From: a virus
Taxonomy: Duplodnaviria; Caudoviricetes
DNA: 49,086 nucleotides
Direction: 5' to 3' (one strand)
IMG/VR virus record: IMGVR_UViG_3300012894_000005
Span: 1 to 49,086 of that record
The translations under genes and the position numbers were made by a program. The stretch's first letter is position 1; each line of letters starts with the position of its first letter. Positions 23,880-33,678 of the stretch are shown in pieces. The notes beneath the pieces were generated by a model. That model saw nothing but the letters and a program-made list of their open reading frames with translations. It had not been told where the DNA came from and did no database searches.

Positions 23880-24521
23880 ATGAAAACGGAAGAAATCGCT
23901 GCCCTTCGCACCGCCGCCCAGGCCCACTTCTATCCTGATGGCACTCCGCACAAGTATGGCGCGAGCGACCCGCGCTGGCAGGCCTACCGCGCCCTAGCCA
24001 CCCCCGCCAACATCCTAAGCCTACTGGCCCGCCTCGACACCCAGCAGAAAGAGCTAGCCGAGGCCCGTAGCAAGGTGACGAGCCTGTTGGAGGACTTTGC
24101 AAGCGATGCCCTGCCCTCAGAAATCGAATGGTGCCGGCTCAAATGCATTGACCTTGGCATCGACTGGCCCATCACGCCCATCCCCTACAAAGGCGCCCTG
24201 CCTGCTGGCGACGGGTGGGGGCCGGGTCCCGCGGCCGTGTTTGCCTCGCCTGCCGACTACGATGCCAGTGTTGAGAGTGCTGTTGCCCGCATAAAATCGG
24301 GTGAAATTCAGCCTGTTTCGGCCTGCCTCCAAGAATGTAGTAGCTGCCAGAAGGGGGAAAGCCGGACGGGGTCAGCCTTGCTTAATGCCATGCTTTCCCC
24401 CTCGCAGCCCGTGAATCCGCACAAGGACCCCGAGTTCTGGGGCTGCTGGGGGAATGCTGAATGCCCTTGCAATTCGAAGTTTCCCGAAGCTGATTGCCCC
24501 TGTTACCTCCCTGCTGAGTAA
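23880..24521 (+). CDS. Hypothetical protein (Ead/Ea22-like N-terminus, Cys-rich C-terminus)
   Basis: ATG at 23880; ATPANILSLLARLD motif. Confidence 0.6.
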   Translation: MKTEEIAALRTAAQAHFYPDGTPHKYGASDPRWQAYRALATPANILSLLARLDTQQKELAEARSKVTSLLEDFASDALPSEIEWCRLKCIDLGIDWPITPIPYKGALPAGDGWGPGPAAVFASPADYDASVESAVARIKSGEIQPVSACLQECSSCQKGESRTGSALLNAMLSPSQPVNPHKDPEFWGCWGNAECPCNSKFPEADCPCYLPAE

Positions 24522-24527
24522 TGCCTT

Positions 24528-24743
24528 ATGGTACGTCTACGCGCAATTTTCTACTGCCTCAAGTTTGGCCTACTGCCGTGGTGGGCTTACGAAAAGGCGC
24601 GACATTATGAGTGTTCCTACTGGCAACACCTGCTGATTAATGCGGAATACGCCTGGGTTTGGCTCACCTTTCGAGAAGATGCCAGCGACCGCGCATTCGA
24701 GGCTGAGACAAATCAAAACCCACCGCCTAGCAAGAAGTCATGA
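24528..24743 (+). CDS. Hypothetical protein
   Basis: Coupled ORF, aromatic-rich. Confidence 0.6.
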   Translation: MVRLRAIFYCLKFGLLPWWAYEKARHYECSYWQHLLINAEYAWVWLTFREDASDRAFEAETNQNPPPSKKS

Positions 24744-25267
24744 CCGATTTGCCCATCCCCCTACGTGAACGCTGCCTTCGGTGCTTTGCCCCCTGCAAGC
24801 AGTGCCCCCTGAATGCTGAACAGGCTGCCACCCCCCTACGAGAAGAAGCCGAGCCAGCGCCGGCCCGCTCGCTGGAAGAAATGCAGGCGCTGCGGCAGTC
24901 AGTGCGTGACAAGCTCTACGGCGCCTTGCCCACCAACCTCGCCAGCCTGGCCAACTACCTGCGGGTAACCTGCCTGCTCGATGAAGGCGACGAACTACAG
25001 CGCCAACTCACCGAAGCCCGCCGCGCCCTCTCCCTAGAGAAACAGCGAGCCGCCGGGTGGCTGACGATGGCGGGCAATAAGCCGGATTTAGCTACGCCCT
25101 ATTTGGTGGCTGCCCCCGCCCCAAACGGCTCCGGCTTGATTACCCTGCGCCGAACATTCCTCTACATCGGCGACGGCGTGTGGGGGCTACATGGCAGGAT
25201 GGAACATACCCGCGCTGACATCACCCATTTTCGCAAACTCCCGCCCCCACCTAATGAATTGGACTAG
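24740..25267 (+). CDS. Hypothetical protein (N-terminal Cys cluster, DUF551-like end)
   Basis: CLRCFAPCKQCP at the N-terminus; ITHFRKLPPPP at the C-terminus. Confidence 0.6.
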   Translation: MTDLPIPLRERCLRCFAPCKQCPLNAEQAATPLREEAEPAPARSLEEMQALRQSVRDKLYGALPTNLASLANYLRVTCLLDEGDELQRQLTEARRALSLEKQRAAGWLTMAGNKPDLATPYLVAAPAPNGSGLITLRRTFLYIGDGVWGLHGRMEHTRADITHFRKLPPPPNELD

Positions 25268-25781
25268 CGCAGATGTAGCAAAGGCCGTCAAGAAGCCCCA
25301 AGGCGTGCCCCAGGAGCGACGAACGACCGTCGCCAGCACCACAGAGCCGCCGCAAGCCTCCCGCGTCGCTCAGGGGCAGGAAATCACGTTCCCCGGGGTA
25401 GTGCCCGGCAATAATGGCCCCCGTGGCCTGCTGCGCTCCCATTGGACTCGCCGCCGCAAGCTGCTAACTGGCTACGAATGGGTATTGCGAGCCGCCAATC
25501 CCATCCCGATGTCCGGCCCGGTTCGGCTGGAGTTGACCCGCTACAGCGTCGGCACCGCAATGGACTACGACAACCTTGTGAGTACCGGGAAGCTACTGAT
25601 TGACGCCCTAGTTGAAGGCGGCATTTTGCCCGACGATAACCCACAAGTGATTGCCGAAAGAGCTTACACCCAGGTCCGCATCTCAGACAACCAAGCCCAG
25701 CGCACGGTTATCCGCCTCACTGATTTACAGCCATGTTCAACTACGACGGAGCAGACAAGCACATCACTTTCGCCCACCTAG
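25254..25781 (+). CDS. RusA-like Holliday junction resolvase
   Basis: DYDNL...KLLIDALVEGGILPDDN catalytic pattern. Confidence 0.85.
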   Translation: MNWTSADVAKAVKKPQGVPQERRTTVASTTEPPQASRVAQGQEITFPGVVPGNNGPRGLLRSHWTRRRKLLTGYEWVLRAANPIPMSGPVRLELTRYSVGTAMDYDNLVSTGKLLIDALVEGGILPDDNPQVIAERAYTQVRISDNQAQRTVIRLTDLQPCSTTTEQTSTSLSPT

Positions 25782-25978
25782 TCCTACTCGTGCGCTACCT
25801 CGAAACCCACCATGTGAAGGAGAACGAAGAGGACATGCTGAGCAGCATTACGCGCAACGGCAACGAATACACCCTGCACGTGACAGCCTCCCACTTAATT
25901 ACGGGCTGGCAGCATCGCTTTCGCATTGAGGGCGAAGAGGTTCTGGACTTGGGTATCGAGGGCCTTTTGATGAACTAG
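25733..25978 (+). CDS. Hypothetical protein
   Basis: 81-aa ORF. Confidence 0.6.
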   Translation: MFNYDGADKHITFAHLVLLVRYLETHHVKENEEDMLSSITRNGNEYTLHVTASHLITGWQHRFRIEGEEVLDLGIEGLLMN

Positions 25979-25992
25979 CACCCTATTCAGCC

Positions 25993-26220
25993 ATGAACAC
26001 TCCCACCCTTGACATGCTCTCCCTACTAACAGGCAGTTTTGCCTTAGCTGAAAAAGCAAGCACGGCGAACGACCGTCTGTTAGACGGCCTGCTCTACTTG
26101 CTGAAGCTTCACCCGCTATCCCCCGAGCAGTCAGCCGAGTTAGTTCGCATTCTGCAAGCCCATACTTTACCCATGCCATGCAGCGGCTTGCTTCCCCACT
26201 CCAAAACAACAGAATCATGA
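25993..26220 (+). CDS. Hypothetical protein
   Basis: 75-aa ORF. Confidence 0.5.
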   Translation: MNTPTLDMLSLLTGSFALAEKASTANDRLLDGLLYLLKLHPLSPEQSAELVRILQAHTLPMPCSGLLPHSKTTES

Positions 26221-26408
26221 AGCGCTTACGATTCAAAGACGTGCAGGTAAAAACAGCCCATGCTTGCCAGGTGGGGGGTTGGACAATTCAGCAAAGCACC
26301 AACGACATTAGGCGGGTATGGGCCACTACTAAAACTGGCCTGCGCCGGGCCGTTCGAGAAGCATTATCTCCCCCACTCAGTCCCAGCGGCGCCGCCTCAC
26401 TGATTTAG
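26217..26408 (+). CDS. Hypothetical protein
   Basis: ATGA overlap at 26217. Confidence 0.5.
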   Translation: MKRLRFKDVQVKTAHACQVGGWTIQQSTNDIRRVWATTKTGLRRAVREALSPPLSPSGAASLI

Positions 26409-26421
26409 CCACCCCTACGCC

Positions 26422-26658
26422 ATGCTCTCCCGACACCTAACCCAAGGGCACTACCTCTGGCCCAAGCCAGAAGGCACCTGGCCAAGCAAAGACAAGCACA
26501 TCGTTCATGCCGAGCGAATGCATAAGGGATTTCGGCAATTCGATGTGCGGCCCACTGACAAAACCGACAGTGCTGCCATTTTGGGCCAACCCGCTCACTG
26601 GCTATCATTCAGCCAAGTCCGCACCAACTTCAAATTTTCACCCCCACCCAGTACCTAA
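26422..26658 (+). CDS. Hypothetical protein
   Basis: 78-aa ORF. Confidence 0.55.
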   Translation: MLSRHLTQGHYLWPKPEGTWPSKDKHIVHAERMHKGFRQFDVRPTDKTDSAAILGQPAHWLSFSQVRTNFKFSPPPST

Positions 26659-26673
26659 GGTGCTAGAGAAGCT

Positions 26674-27039
26674 ATGAAGCTGCATACGAGAAAGTCATTA
26701 GGCCGCGCTCGAAAGTTGGTTGTTAAATCCAAGCTCCCACAGGTGTGCGTGACGTGTGGGAGCGAAGAAAATCTTACTATCGACCACAAGTTGGCCCGCT
26801 CCCTTGGTGGCACGAATGAGTTAGCCAACCTGCAAATGATGTGCGCGAGCTGCAATCAGGCAAAGGCCGTTGGCGAGGCCCGCGAGCTTGATAGCCGCCG
26901 CCGCGAGTTTTTGCAGAACATCAATGTCAACCCTGAGCGAGCTGTAGCGGCGTTAAAAATACCCTCTAAAACGGAACGCCGCCGCCTGTTTCGCCAGCTT
27001 ATGGCCGATAATTCTGGCTACCCCACCCCCTCCACCTAA
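26674..27039 (+). CDS. HNH endonuclease
   Basis: CVTCG...LTIDH...GGTNELANLQMMCASCNQAK. Confidence 0.88.
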   Translation: MKLHTRKSLGRARKLVVKSKLPQVCVTCGSEENLTIDHKLARSLGGTNELANLQMMCASCNQAKAVGEARELDSRRREFLQNINVNPERAVAALKIPSKTERRRLFRQLMADNSGYPTPST

Positions 27040-27051
27040 GAAGAAAGCAAG

Positions 27052-27270
27052 ATGAAGTGGCTAGTACTACTCCCAGTTACCGTCGAAGCTGACCCCGCCG
27101 ACTTTGCCACCGCTGGCCAGTTGGGCATGGAAGCTATTGGCGAGTTTTTCACCGAAGAGCGCGAAATGAAAGTGCATTTACTCATGCAGGATGGCAGCGA
27201 TGAGGTGGAGATGCTTAAGGCTATTCTGGCAGGCACGCTCTCCGCAAAAGCGGCTGTCTCAATTGATTAG
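27052..27270 (+). CDS. Hypothetical protein
   Basis: 72-aa ORF. Confidence 0.55.
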   Translation: MKWLVLLPVTVEADPADFATAGQLGMEAIGEFFTEEREMKVHLLMQDGSDEVEMLKAILAGTLSAKAAVSID

Positions 27271-27275
27271 CCCCC

Positions 27276-27755
27276 ATGACCCACACTCCCCAGAATCTAC
27301 TAGGTGGCGACTCCCGCTATGAGGTGGCAGTGACGCCCATTAGCCGGACGGAAGATGTGCGGGCAGGGTATGCGCCCGCCCCACCGCCCGCACTAGCCCC
27401 ATTGCTCTCCGTGAGCCTGAATGAAAGCAACGAATGCATGTGCATCCTCAGCAAGGAATTACAGCGGGCGGCCAACCTGAGCGGGGGCCGTTACGTGCAC
27501 CTTGTCGTGCCGCGTAAGCGTGGGGGCGATTGGTACCTCGACACCAACCCAAAGCCTGGCGTGGGCACCCGCTTGCCCGAGCGCGGCCGCGCCCTGATTC
27601 GCGTCCCAGCCATCCCGAAGATGCACTTTCAGCGCTCCGGACGGCATGAGCCGGGGTTTGGGGCTATTTCTAACTCTTTCGTGCCGTTGCTGCATTTCAA
27701 GTTAGGGCAAGAGGTGCAAGGCTTCCCGGGGCACTACCAGTTGCACGGCGTGTGA
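27276..27755 (+). CDS. Hypothetical protein, last of the early/middle operon
   Basis: 159-aa ORF directly upstream of the late promoter. Confidence 0.6.
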   Translation: MTHTPQNLLGGDSRYEVAVTPISRTEDVRAGYAPAPPPALAPLLSVSLNESNECMCILSKELQRAANLSGGRYVHLVVPRKRGGDWYLDTNPKPGVGTRLPERGRALIRVPAIPKMHFQRSGRHEPGFGAISNSFVPLLHFKLGQEVQGFPGHYQLHGV

Positions 27756-27765
27756 GCCTTGCCCC

Positions 27766-27828
27766 CACGGCCTGTAAACCACTGGCTTCGTGTGGGGCCG
27801 TAGCCGCTTAGGGGCTGGGGTAGCTTTG
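27766..27828 (+). promoter_or_regulatory. Putative late promoter 1 (18-bp upstream motif plus -7 box)
   Basis: CACGGCCTGTAAACCACT at 27766-27783; TAGCTTTG at 27821-27828; ATG at 27835. Confidence 0.7.
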
Positions 27829-27834
27829 GAGAGT

Positions 27835-28419
27835 ATGGTAGTAGAAACCCGCCCCATCGAAGAGGTTCACCTCAACAAGCACAACCCGCGCCTGCTAAAA
27901 GACGAGCGGTTTGCGCACTTGGTGCAGTCGATTCAGGAATTCCCCGAAATGCTTCAACTGCGCCCGTTGGTGGTTGATGAACAGGGGGTGGTGCTAGGTG
28001 GCAACATGCGTCTACACGCGTTGATGCACCTCAACTATACTCAGGTGCCAGTACTTGTTGCCGTTGGGCTTACTGAGGCGCAGAAGCAGGAGTTTGTTAT
28101 AAAAGACAATGCGTCGTTTGGTGAGTGGGACTGGAATGCGTTGGCGAATGAATGGAGCGACCTCCCTTTGCAAGAATGGGGCTTGGACTTGCCTAAGGAT
28201 TGGCTTGCGGTACCCGATGAACTGGAGGATGATGAGGCATCGGGTGCTGGGCATGGGGGCAGCTATGAGGAAGAAGAGGCAGAGGCACGCCCGACCATGA
28301 CTGTCACATTCACTTCGCCCGAAGACTTGCAGCAGGCTGAAAGCGACGTGCAAGAGCTACTTGACCGCAAGTACCCAACGGCATTCTTCACGATACAAGT
28401 AGGCCTGCGCAATGGCTAG
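27835..28419 (+). CDS. ParB/Srx-like nuclease-domain protein upstream of terminase
   Basis: NPR...LVQSIQEFP...LRPLVVD...GGNMRLHA...KDNASFGEWD. Confidence 0.85.
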   Translation: MVVETRPIEEVHLNKHNPRLLKDERFAHLVQSIQEFPEMLQLRPLVVDEQGVVLGGNMRLHALMHLNYTQVPVLVAVGLTEAQKQEFVIKDNASFGEWDWNALANEWSDLPLQEWGLDLPKDWLAVPDELEDDEASGAGHGGSYEEEEAEARPTMTVTFTSPEDLQQAESDVQELLDRKYPTAFFTIQVGLRNG

Positions 28420-28879
28420 AGATACCGCACATACCGCACAGCAAAAAAAGAATATGCTTGTGGCGCTTACTGCGACGCTTGGCGTTGTTGAAACCGCCTG
28501 CCAAAAGGCGGGCGTCGGGCGTCGGACGCACTATGACTGGCTAAAGGAGGATACTGAATATGCGGCTGATGTGCGGGAAATAAATGACATATCACTTGAT
28601 TTTGCCGAATCGCAGCTGCTCAAAGTTATTCGTGGCTACACGATGCCTGATGTAAAGGTTTTCATGAATAAAGAAGACCCCGACAATCCTATCATTGTGC
28701 CCATCACCAAACACATTGGCACCGATGTGGCAGCAACGATTTTCTACTTGAAGACCAAGGGGAAAGCTAGGGGCTATGTGGAGCGCCAGCAAATTGAGCA
28801 GGTAGCGCCCGCAGATACCGCAGACCTCCTTACCGATGACCAATTAGAAGATGAAATCAAGCGCCTCCTTGGTCAATAG
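28412..28879 (+). CDS. terS: Terminase small subunit
   Basis: HTH (ACQKAGVGRRTHYDWL), DFAESQL and IFYLKTKGKARGYVERQ; directly before terL. Confidence 0.8.
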   Translation: MARDTAHTAQQKKNMLVALTATLGVVETACQKAGVGRRTHYDWLKEDTEYAADVREINDISLDFAESQLLKVIRGYTMPDVKVFMNKEDPDNPIIVPITKHIGTDVAATIFYLKTKGKARGYVERQQIEQVAPADTADLLTDDQLEDEIKRLLGQ

Positions 28880-30254
28880 TGACGGGGGCAGTCTAACCGA
28901 TGCCTACCTTGACACGCTAGAGCCGGCCGATAGGCGCCGGCTTTTGGCGTTGCTGCGCGAGCAGGCTGGCCGGTGGCGTGCGCTAGCCCGTCCTGAACAG
29001 CTACAGCCATTGGGTGATTGGTTTGTGTGGTGGATTGATGCCGGCCGCGGATGGGGTAAGACCCGCACGGCGGCCGAAACTATCAAGGCGTGGGCCATCG
29101 CTATACCAAACAGCCGCTGGGCGCTTGTGGCAGCAACAATCGCCGACGCCCGCGATACAATGGTAGAGGGCGAATCGGGTCTTCTTGCCCTGCTAAAGCC
29201 TCACCAGCTGCGAGGCGGCACTATTGATAAGGCGTGGAATCGCTCAATGGGCGAACTGTACCTGTCGAATGGAGCTAAGTTTAAGTGCTATACCTCAGAG
29301 AAGCCCCGGCAATTACGGGGCCCGCAGCATCACGGCGCATGGTGCGATGAACTGGCCGCTTGGGAAGATGCCCATTTGGGCATGGTAGACGAAAAGGATA
29401 CGACGAAAGGCGGAGGCACCACGTGGTCTAACCTGCTATTCGGGCTGCGCTTAGGGAATGACCCGCGCATCGTGATTGCAAGTACGCCAAAGCCTGTAAA
29501 ACTCGTATTTGACCTGCTAGCCTATGCCAAGGCCAATCCTGGCCGTGTTTACATTACCAAGGGGACTACTTATGACAACCTAGGCAACCTATCGGAGACG
29601 TTTAGGCTCAACGTAATTAGCATCTACGAAGGCACCAGCATGGGCCGGCAGGAGCTGAATGCGGAGCTAAATGAAGCCGTAAAAGGCGCCCTGTGGACCT
29701 GGCCGATGCTCAACCCCATTCGAGTGCAGGCCGCCGACTTGCCGCCCCCAGAGGAGTTCACCCGCGTCATTGTGTCAATTGACCCCGCCGTAACCAGCAA
29801 CGGTGACAGCGACGAAACCGGCATTATCCTACTCGCTCGGCATAAGTCAGGGCTCGTCTACGTGTTTGAGGATGGCAGCGGGGTTTACACGCCGCTGCAG
29901 TGGGCAACAGTGGCTAACAACTTCTTTAAAAATCACAATGCCGATGCGTTTGTAGCCGAGGTAAACAACGGTGGCGACTTGGTAGAAGTCAATATTCGTC
30001 AAGTCAACAAGACCGCCCGCTACCGGGGCGTGCGAGCCAGCCGCGGCAAGGTTGCCCGCGCTGAACCCGTTGTGGCGCTCTACGAGCAGGGCCGCATTCG
30101 CCACAAAGCGGGGTTGGATACGCTGGAAAGCCAAATGACCACCTGGAGCGCTGGCACTGGCGAAAAAAGCCCCGACCGCATTGATGCCTTGGTGTGGGGC
30201 ATTACTGAGTTAGCCCTAACCGAAAGTACTACTGCCCCTCTACAAGTATTCTAG
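28851..30254 (+). CDS. terL: Terminase large subunit
   Basis: AGRGWGKT Walker A, LRGPQHHGAWCDE Walker B, IDPA...DETGI and SPDRIDALVW nuclease motifs. Confidence 0.95.
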   Translation: MKSSASLVNSDGGSLTDAYLDTLEPADRRRLLALLREQAGRWRALARPEQLQPLGDWFVWWIDAGRGWGKTRTAAETIKAWAIAIPNSRWALVAATIADARDTMVEGESGLLALLKPHQLRGGTIDKAWNRSMGELYLSNGAKFKCYTSEKPRQLRGPQHHGAWCDELAAWEDAHLGMVDEKDTTKGGGTTWSNLLFGLRLGNDPRIVIASTPKPVKLVFDLLAYAKANPGRVYITKGTTYDNLGNLSETFRLNVISIYEGTSMGRQELNAELNEAVKGALWTWPMLNPIRVQAADLPPPEEFTRVIVSIDPAVTSNGDSDETGIILLARHKSGLVYVFEDGSGVYTPLQWATVANNFFKNHNADAFVAEVNNGGDLVEVNIRQVNKTARYRGVRASRGKVARAEPVVALYEQGRIRHKAGLDTLESQMTTWSAGTGEKSPDRIDALVWGITELALTESTTAPLQVF

Positions 30255-30258
30255 CCTT

Positions 30259-31611
30259 ATGAGCAATTTTCTCGAAGTCACTAAGCAAGCCCTGGGACTC
30301 GCTCCGATTCGGCCGACGCAGATGGACCTTAAGCTACTTACGGATGGCCTGGGCCGCACCCTGCCCGATAGCGGGCAGTACGTGGGCACGGCGCCTTTCC
30401 GACTGTGGGGGATGGGCAATAACGAGCAAGCTAACGCCTATTCTTCTATCGGGACTATTTTCAGCATCGTCACCTATATTTTGGATGCCGCCTCGACTAT
30501 TCCTTGGAATGTGTATGAGATAGATAAAGCTGATAACCAAGCGAAAGTGGTGGCCGCCACGCACCCGCTAGCGTCGCTTCTTTACCGCCCGAATCCCCGG
30601 CAGACGTGGGCTGCCTTGAAACGGCAGTGTATGGGCTCCTATAAGGTGAAGGGGGAGTTTTTTATGCGTCGCGTGCGCCCGGCGGCCGGTAGCCGCAAGG
30701 GCAAGACTGCTGAGCTTTGGTGCTTGGTCGGGCAGGTGGACTTGCTGCCGGCTACTGGGTTAGGAGAATTCGATAAACCCACGGCTTACCGCCACACCGA
30801 TATTCTTACGGGCCGCGTTACAGAGTACCCGGCCGATGAGATTCTGCACGTTAAAACCTGGAACCCGCTCAACCCGCACCGGGGCCTTTCACCTATTGCG
30901 GCGGGCAATGACGATGTGACGCTGGCCCGGTCTGGCAAAGAAAGCCGCGGCCGACAGTACCAAAACCAAGGGCCCGCGGGCATTGTGTACAGCAAGCCCA
31001 GCGGCTCAGGTGATAACGAGCAGTGGACTCCCGAGCAGGCAACTCGGGTGCAAAATTGGTTCGGCAGCTTCTTTGGCACTGACCGTCGCCGCAGCGGTCA
31101 GATTCCCATTGTGAGCCGGGAACTCGGCTACCTGCAAATGGGCCTCACACCTGTTGACTTGGATATGCTAGCGGCTATCCCTTACGACAAAGACGCGCTT
31201 TGCGACCTCTGGCACTTCCCAGGGCAGTTGCTGAATGGCGCCAAGGGCACCACGTTCAACAACATGGGGGAGGCCAGCCGGGCGCTGTATAGCCGGTGCG
31301 TTATCCCCGACGAAATCGTATTCAAAGACGAATTGAATAGCTGGCTAGGCGCGGAATACAACGATGAGGTGTACATCAATTTTGAAACCTCACATATTCC
31401 TGAGCTGCAAGAGGATTTGAAGGAGTTGGTCACTACACTTCTTGCCTGCCCCTGGATGAAGAACCAGGATAAGATGCGCCGGATGAATCTGCCCGTTGAC
31501 GAAGATTTCCCGCCCTACCTCATCCCATCTACCTACGTGACGCTACAAGATTTGATGGATACGCCAGCCGGCGCCGATGCGGCCGCCGGGGCTAGGGAGG
31601 TGGTGAATTAA
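30259..31611 (+). CDS. Portal protein (HK97 family)
   Basis: HPLASLLYRPNP, EILH, GLSPI and TFNN motifs; directly after terL. Confidence 0.92.
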   Translation: MSNFLEVTKQALGLAPIRPTQMDLKLLTDGLGRTLPDSGQYVGTAPFRLWGMGNNEQANAYSSIGTIFSIVTYILDAASTIPWNVYEIDKADNQAKVVAATHPLASLLYRPNPRQTWAALKRQCMGSYKVKGEFFMRRVRPAAGSRKGKTAELWCLVGQVDLLPATGLGEFDKPTAYRHTDILTGRVTEYPADEILHVKTWNPLNPHRGLSPIAAGNDDVTLARSGKESRGRQYQNQGPAGIVYSKPSGSGDNEQWTPEQATRVQNWFGSFFGTDRRRSGQIPIVSRELGYLQMGLTPVDLDMLAAIPYDKDALCDLWHFPGQLLNGAKGTTFNNMGEASRALYSRCVIPDEIVFKDELNSWLGAEYNDEVYINFETSHIPELQEDLKELVTTLLACPWMKNQDKMRRMNLPVDEDFPPYLIPSTYVTLQDLMDTPAGADAAAGAREVVN

Positions 31612-31658
31612 TCGCATAATTATTTGTATTTTAGATGTTTATATTGTAAATTTCGCAC

Positions 31659-32000
31659 ATGAATCTGGCAGTAGTAGGCTCGCGTTCGTTCTCGGATTAT
31701 GCCCGCCTATGTGCGGTGCTGGCAACGGCTAAGGCCCCCATTACCTGCATCGTGAGCGGCGGTGCCGTGGGCGCCGATTCGCTAGCCCAGCGGTGGGCCA
31801 ACGAGCACGGCATACCTGTTAAGCTGTTCTTGCCCGACTACGCTAGCCACGGCAAACGAGCGCCGCTAGTCCGAAACCGACTGATTATGCAGGCTGCCGA
31901 TAGCGCTGTGGCATTTTGGGATGGGGTCAGCACTGGCACCGTTCACGCCATTAAGCAGGCAGCCGAGCTAGGCAAGCCGGTTAAGGTTATCAATTTCTAG
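31659..32000 (+). CDS. SLOG-superfamily (YspA/DUF2493-like) protein
   Basis: AVVGSRSF, IVSGGAVGADSLA, APLVRN and AFWDGVSTGT motifs. Confidence 0.88.
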   Translation: MNLAVVGSRSFSDYARLCAVLATAKAPITCIVSGGAVGADSLAQRWANEHGIPVKLFLPDYASHGKRAPLVRNRLIMQAADSAVAFWDGVSTGTVHAIKQAAELGKPVKVINF

Positions 32001-32042
32001 CCCCAACCCCACCCGCGCCGGCGGCACCGGCCGCCAACTAAT

Positions 32043-32396
32043 ATGCGACTAGTCCCTTTCGCTACTAATGAGTATGACGCGGAAGTACGCCCGCGGGCGC
32101 TGTATGGCTATGCCCAGCTGCAAGCCCGCCGCCCCGATGGCATCAGCCGTACCCGCCCTGTACTGCTGCGCGTGTCAGACTCCTTGCCTGACCAACTGGC
32201 ACGTCTTGAGGCTAAGGCCACTTCGTTTATGGCCAGGCAGCCGCTTGGCAGCACTGTTGCAGTGTCTTTTTTGGACGGCACCTACTACGACGCGGATACT
32301 CATCGCCGCGTAGGGTTTGCCGAGGTGCTGCGCTCGCCTGGCTTTGCCTCGCTGTGTCATGCCTTGACCGCGCCGGCGGCACCGGCTACTGTGTAG
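32043..32396 (+). CDS. Hypothetical protein
   Basis: 117-aa ORF. Confidence 0.6.
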   Translation: MRLVPFATNEYDAEVRPRALYGYAQLQARRPDGISRTRPVLLRVSDSLPDQLARLEAKATSFMARQPLGSTVAVSFLDGTYYDADTHRRVGFAEVLRSPGFASLCHALTAPAAPATV

Positions 32397-32398
32397 CG

Positions 32399-32650
32399 AT
32401 GGAAGCTAAGTATCTGGAATTGGCCCGTGAAATATGGGCAGAAATGACTCATGCACAGCGCGCCGAGGCGCTAAAGCCAGTAGATTGGCAAGCAGAGATG
32501 GCGCGCATGGAGAAAGAGGCGCTGCAAGGATTGCGTGATGAGTTGGCCAAAATGCCTGCGCGCTCCCCTTTCGACTTTTACGACTATCGCATTGTGAATG
32601 CCCCAGCCACCCTAGTTTCTTCTGCCCCGGCAGTGCCGGAGGGCGCGTAA
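32399..32650 (+). CDS. Hypothetical protein
   Basis: ATG at 32399. Confidence 0.55.
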   Translation: MEAKYLELAREIWAEMTHAQRAEALKPVDWQAEMARMEKEALQGLRDELAKMPARSPFDFYDYRIVNAPATLVSSAPAVPEGA

Positions 32651-32929
32651 GTGATGTATTTAGGACCCCTTAGAAGCCTATACCGTATTTCACAGGTTGG
32701 CGACAACTCTTTTGTAGTTGAAAAGCTGTGGCCTCGAATCAAGCGCAAGGGCTTTTTGTGGTGGCGGAAAGAGATAGATAAAAGCGAGTGGATTGCCGTT
32801 GGCTCCTGTCCGGCTCTGCCAGGCATTCCATCGCCGCCAGCTAGGCCTGCCTTCGCAACGCTTGCTGCTGCCCAAAAATGGGTTGATGACAGGCGCAAGT
32901 ACCCCATAGTGGTGACCCCCAACGCATGA
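32651..32929 (+). CDS. Hypothetical protein
   Basis: ATGA coupling to the next gene. Confidence 0.55.
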   Translation: MMYLGPLRSLYRISQVGDNSFVVEKLWPRIKRKGFLWWRKEIDKSEWIAVGSCPALPGIPSPPARPAFATLAAAQKWVDDRRKYPIVVTPNA

Positions 32930-33669
32930 CCACCGAACTCTACCAAGCCCAGCAAGACCGCCTAGCCGAGCTAGAGCCCGCCTACATCCGCAAGCTGCGC
33001 CGGGCCCTCATTCGCTCGGCTGAGCCCGCCGCCGTGGCCGTGCTAGCCGGCGCCGATGCCCCCACAGCTGCCGCCTACGTGAGCACCAAGGAAGTAGCTG
33101 CGGTGCTCCAGGCGCTCTACGAAGCCTGCGGGAGTGTCGAGGCGCAGCTGACCTACGACCGGCTCACGCCCGCCGTGAAGGCGCTGGCCCCGCCGGCCGT
33201 GGTAACCAGGTGGGGCCAGCGGTTGCGCAACTTCATTACGGGCGAAGGAGCCGCGGCCGTGAAGGCGATAACCGAAACCACCCGCAAGGTGGTGCGCGAC
33301 GTGCTCAACGAGGCTGCGGCGGCCGGCGACAGCGTGCAGGTGGCGGCAAAGAAGCTCCGTGACCAAGTGGCGGGGCTGGCGAAGGAGCGGGCTGTTAAAA
33401 TTGTGCGTACTGAACTCAATGCCGCCTCGAACGTGGGCAGTCTACTTGGGGCACAGGAAACCGGGCTGAAGTTGGAGAAATTTTGGATAGCGACTCCTGG
33501 CCCGCGCACCAGGCCGGAGCACGCCGCGGCCAACGGGCAGGGGGCGCCGCTGCAAAACGGGTTCTTTAGCATCGGTGGGGAGCCAGCTCGCTACCCAGGC
33601 GACCCGCTGCTAAGTGCGGGAATGAGGTGCAACTGTAGATGCGCAATCGGATACCGTAAAATATTGTAA
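32926..33669 (+). CDS. Head morphogenesis / minor head protein (SPP1 gp7, Mu F-like)
   Basis: RAVKIVRTE, KFWIAT...RTRPEH, YPGDP and NCRC motifs. Confidence 0.9.
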   Translation: MTTELYQAQQDRLAELEPAYIRKLRRALIRSAEPAAVAVLAGADAPTAAAYVSTKEVAAVLQALYEACGSVEAQLTYDRLTPAVKALAPPAVVTRWGQRLRNFITGEGAAAVKAITETTRKVVRDVLNEAAAAGDSVQVAAKKLRDQVAGLAKERAVKIVRTELNAASNVGSLLGAQETGLKLEKFWIATPGPRTRPEHAAANGQGAPLQNGFFSIGGEPARYPGDPLLSAGMRCNCRCAIGYRKIL

Positions 33670-33678
33670 CTTACAATC

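Noticed and set aside
27835-28419. ParB-like gene as the partner of ParA
   Set aside because: It is 17 kb away, lacks an obvious HTH and heads the terminase operon, a common position for such domains.
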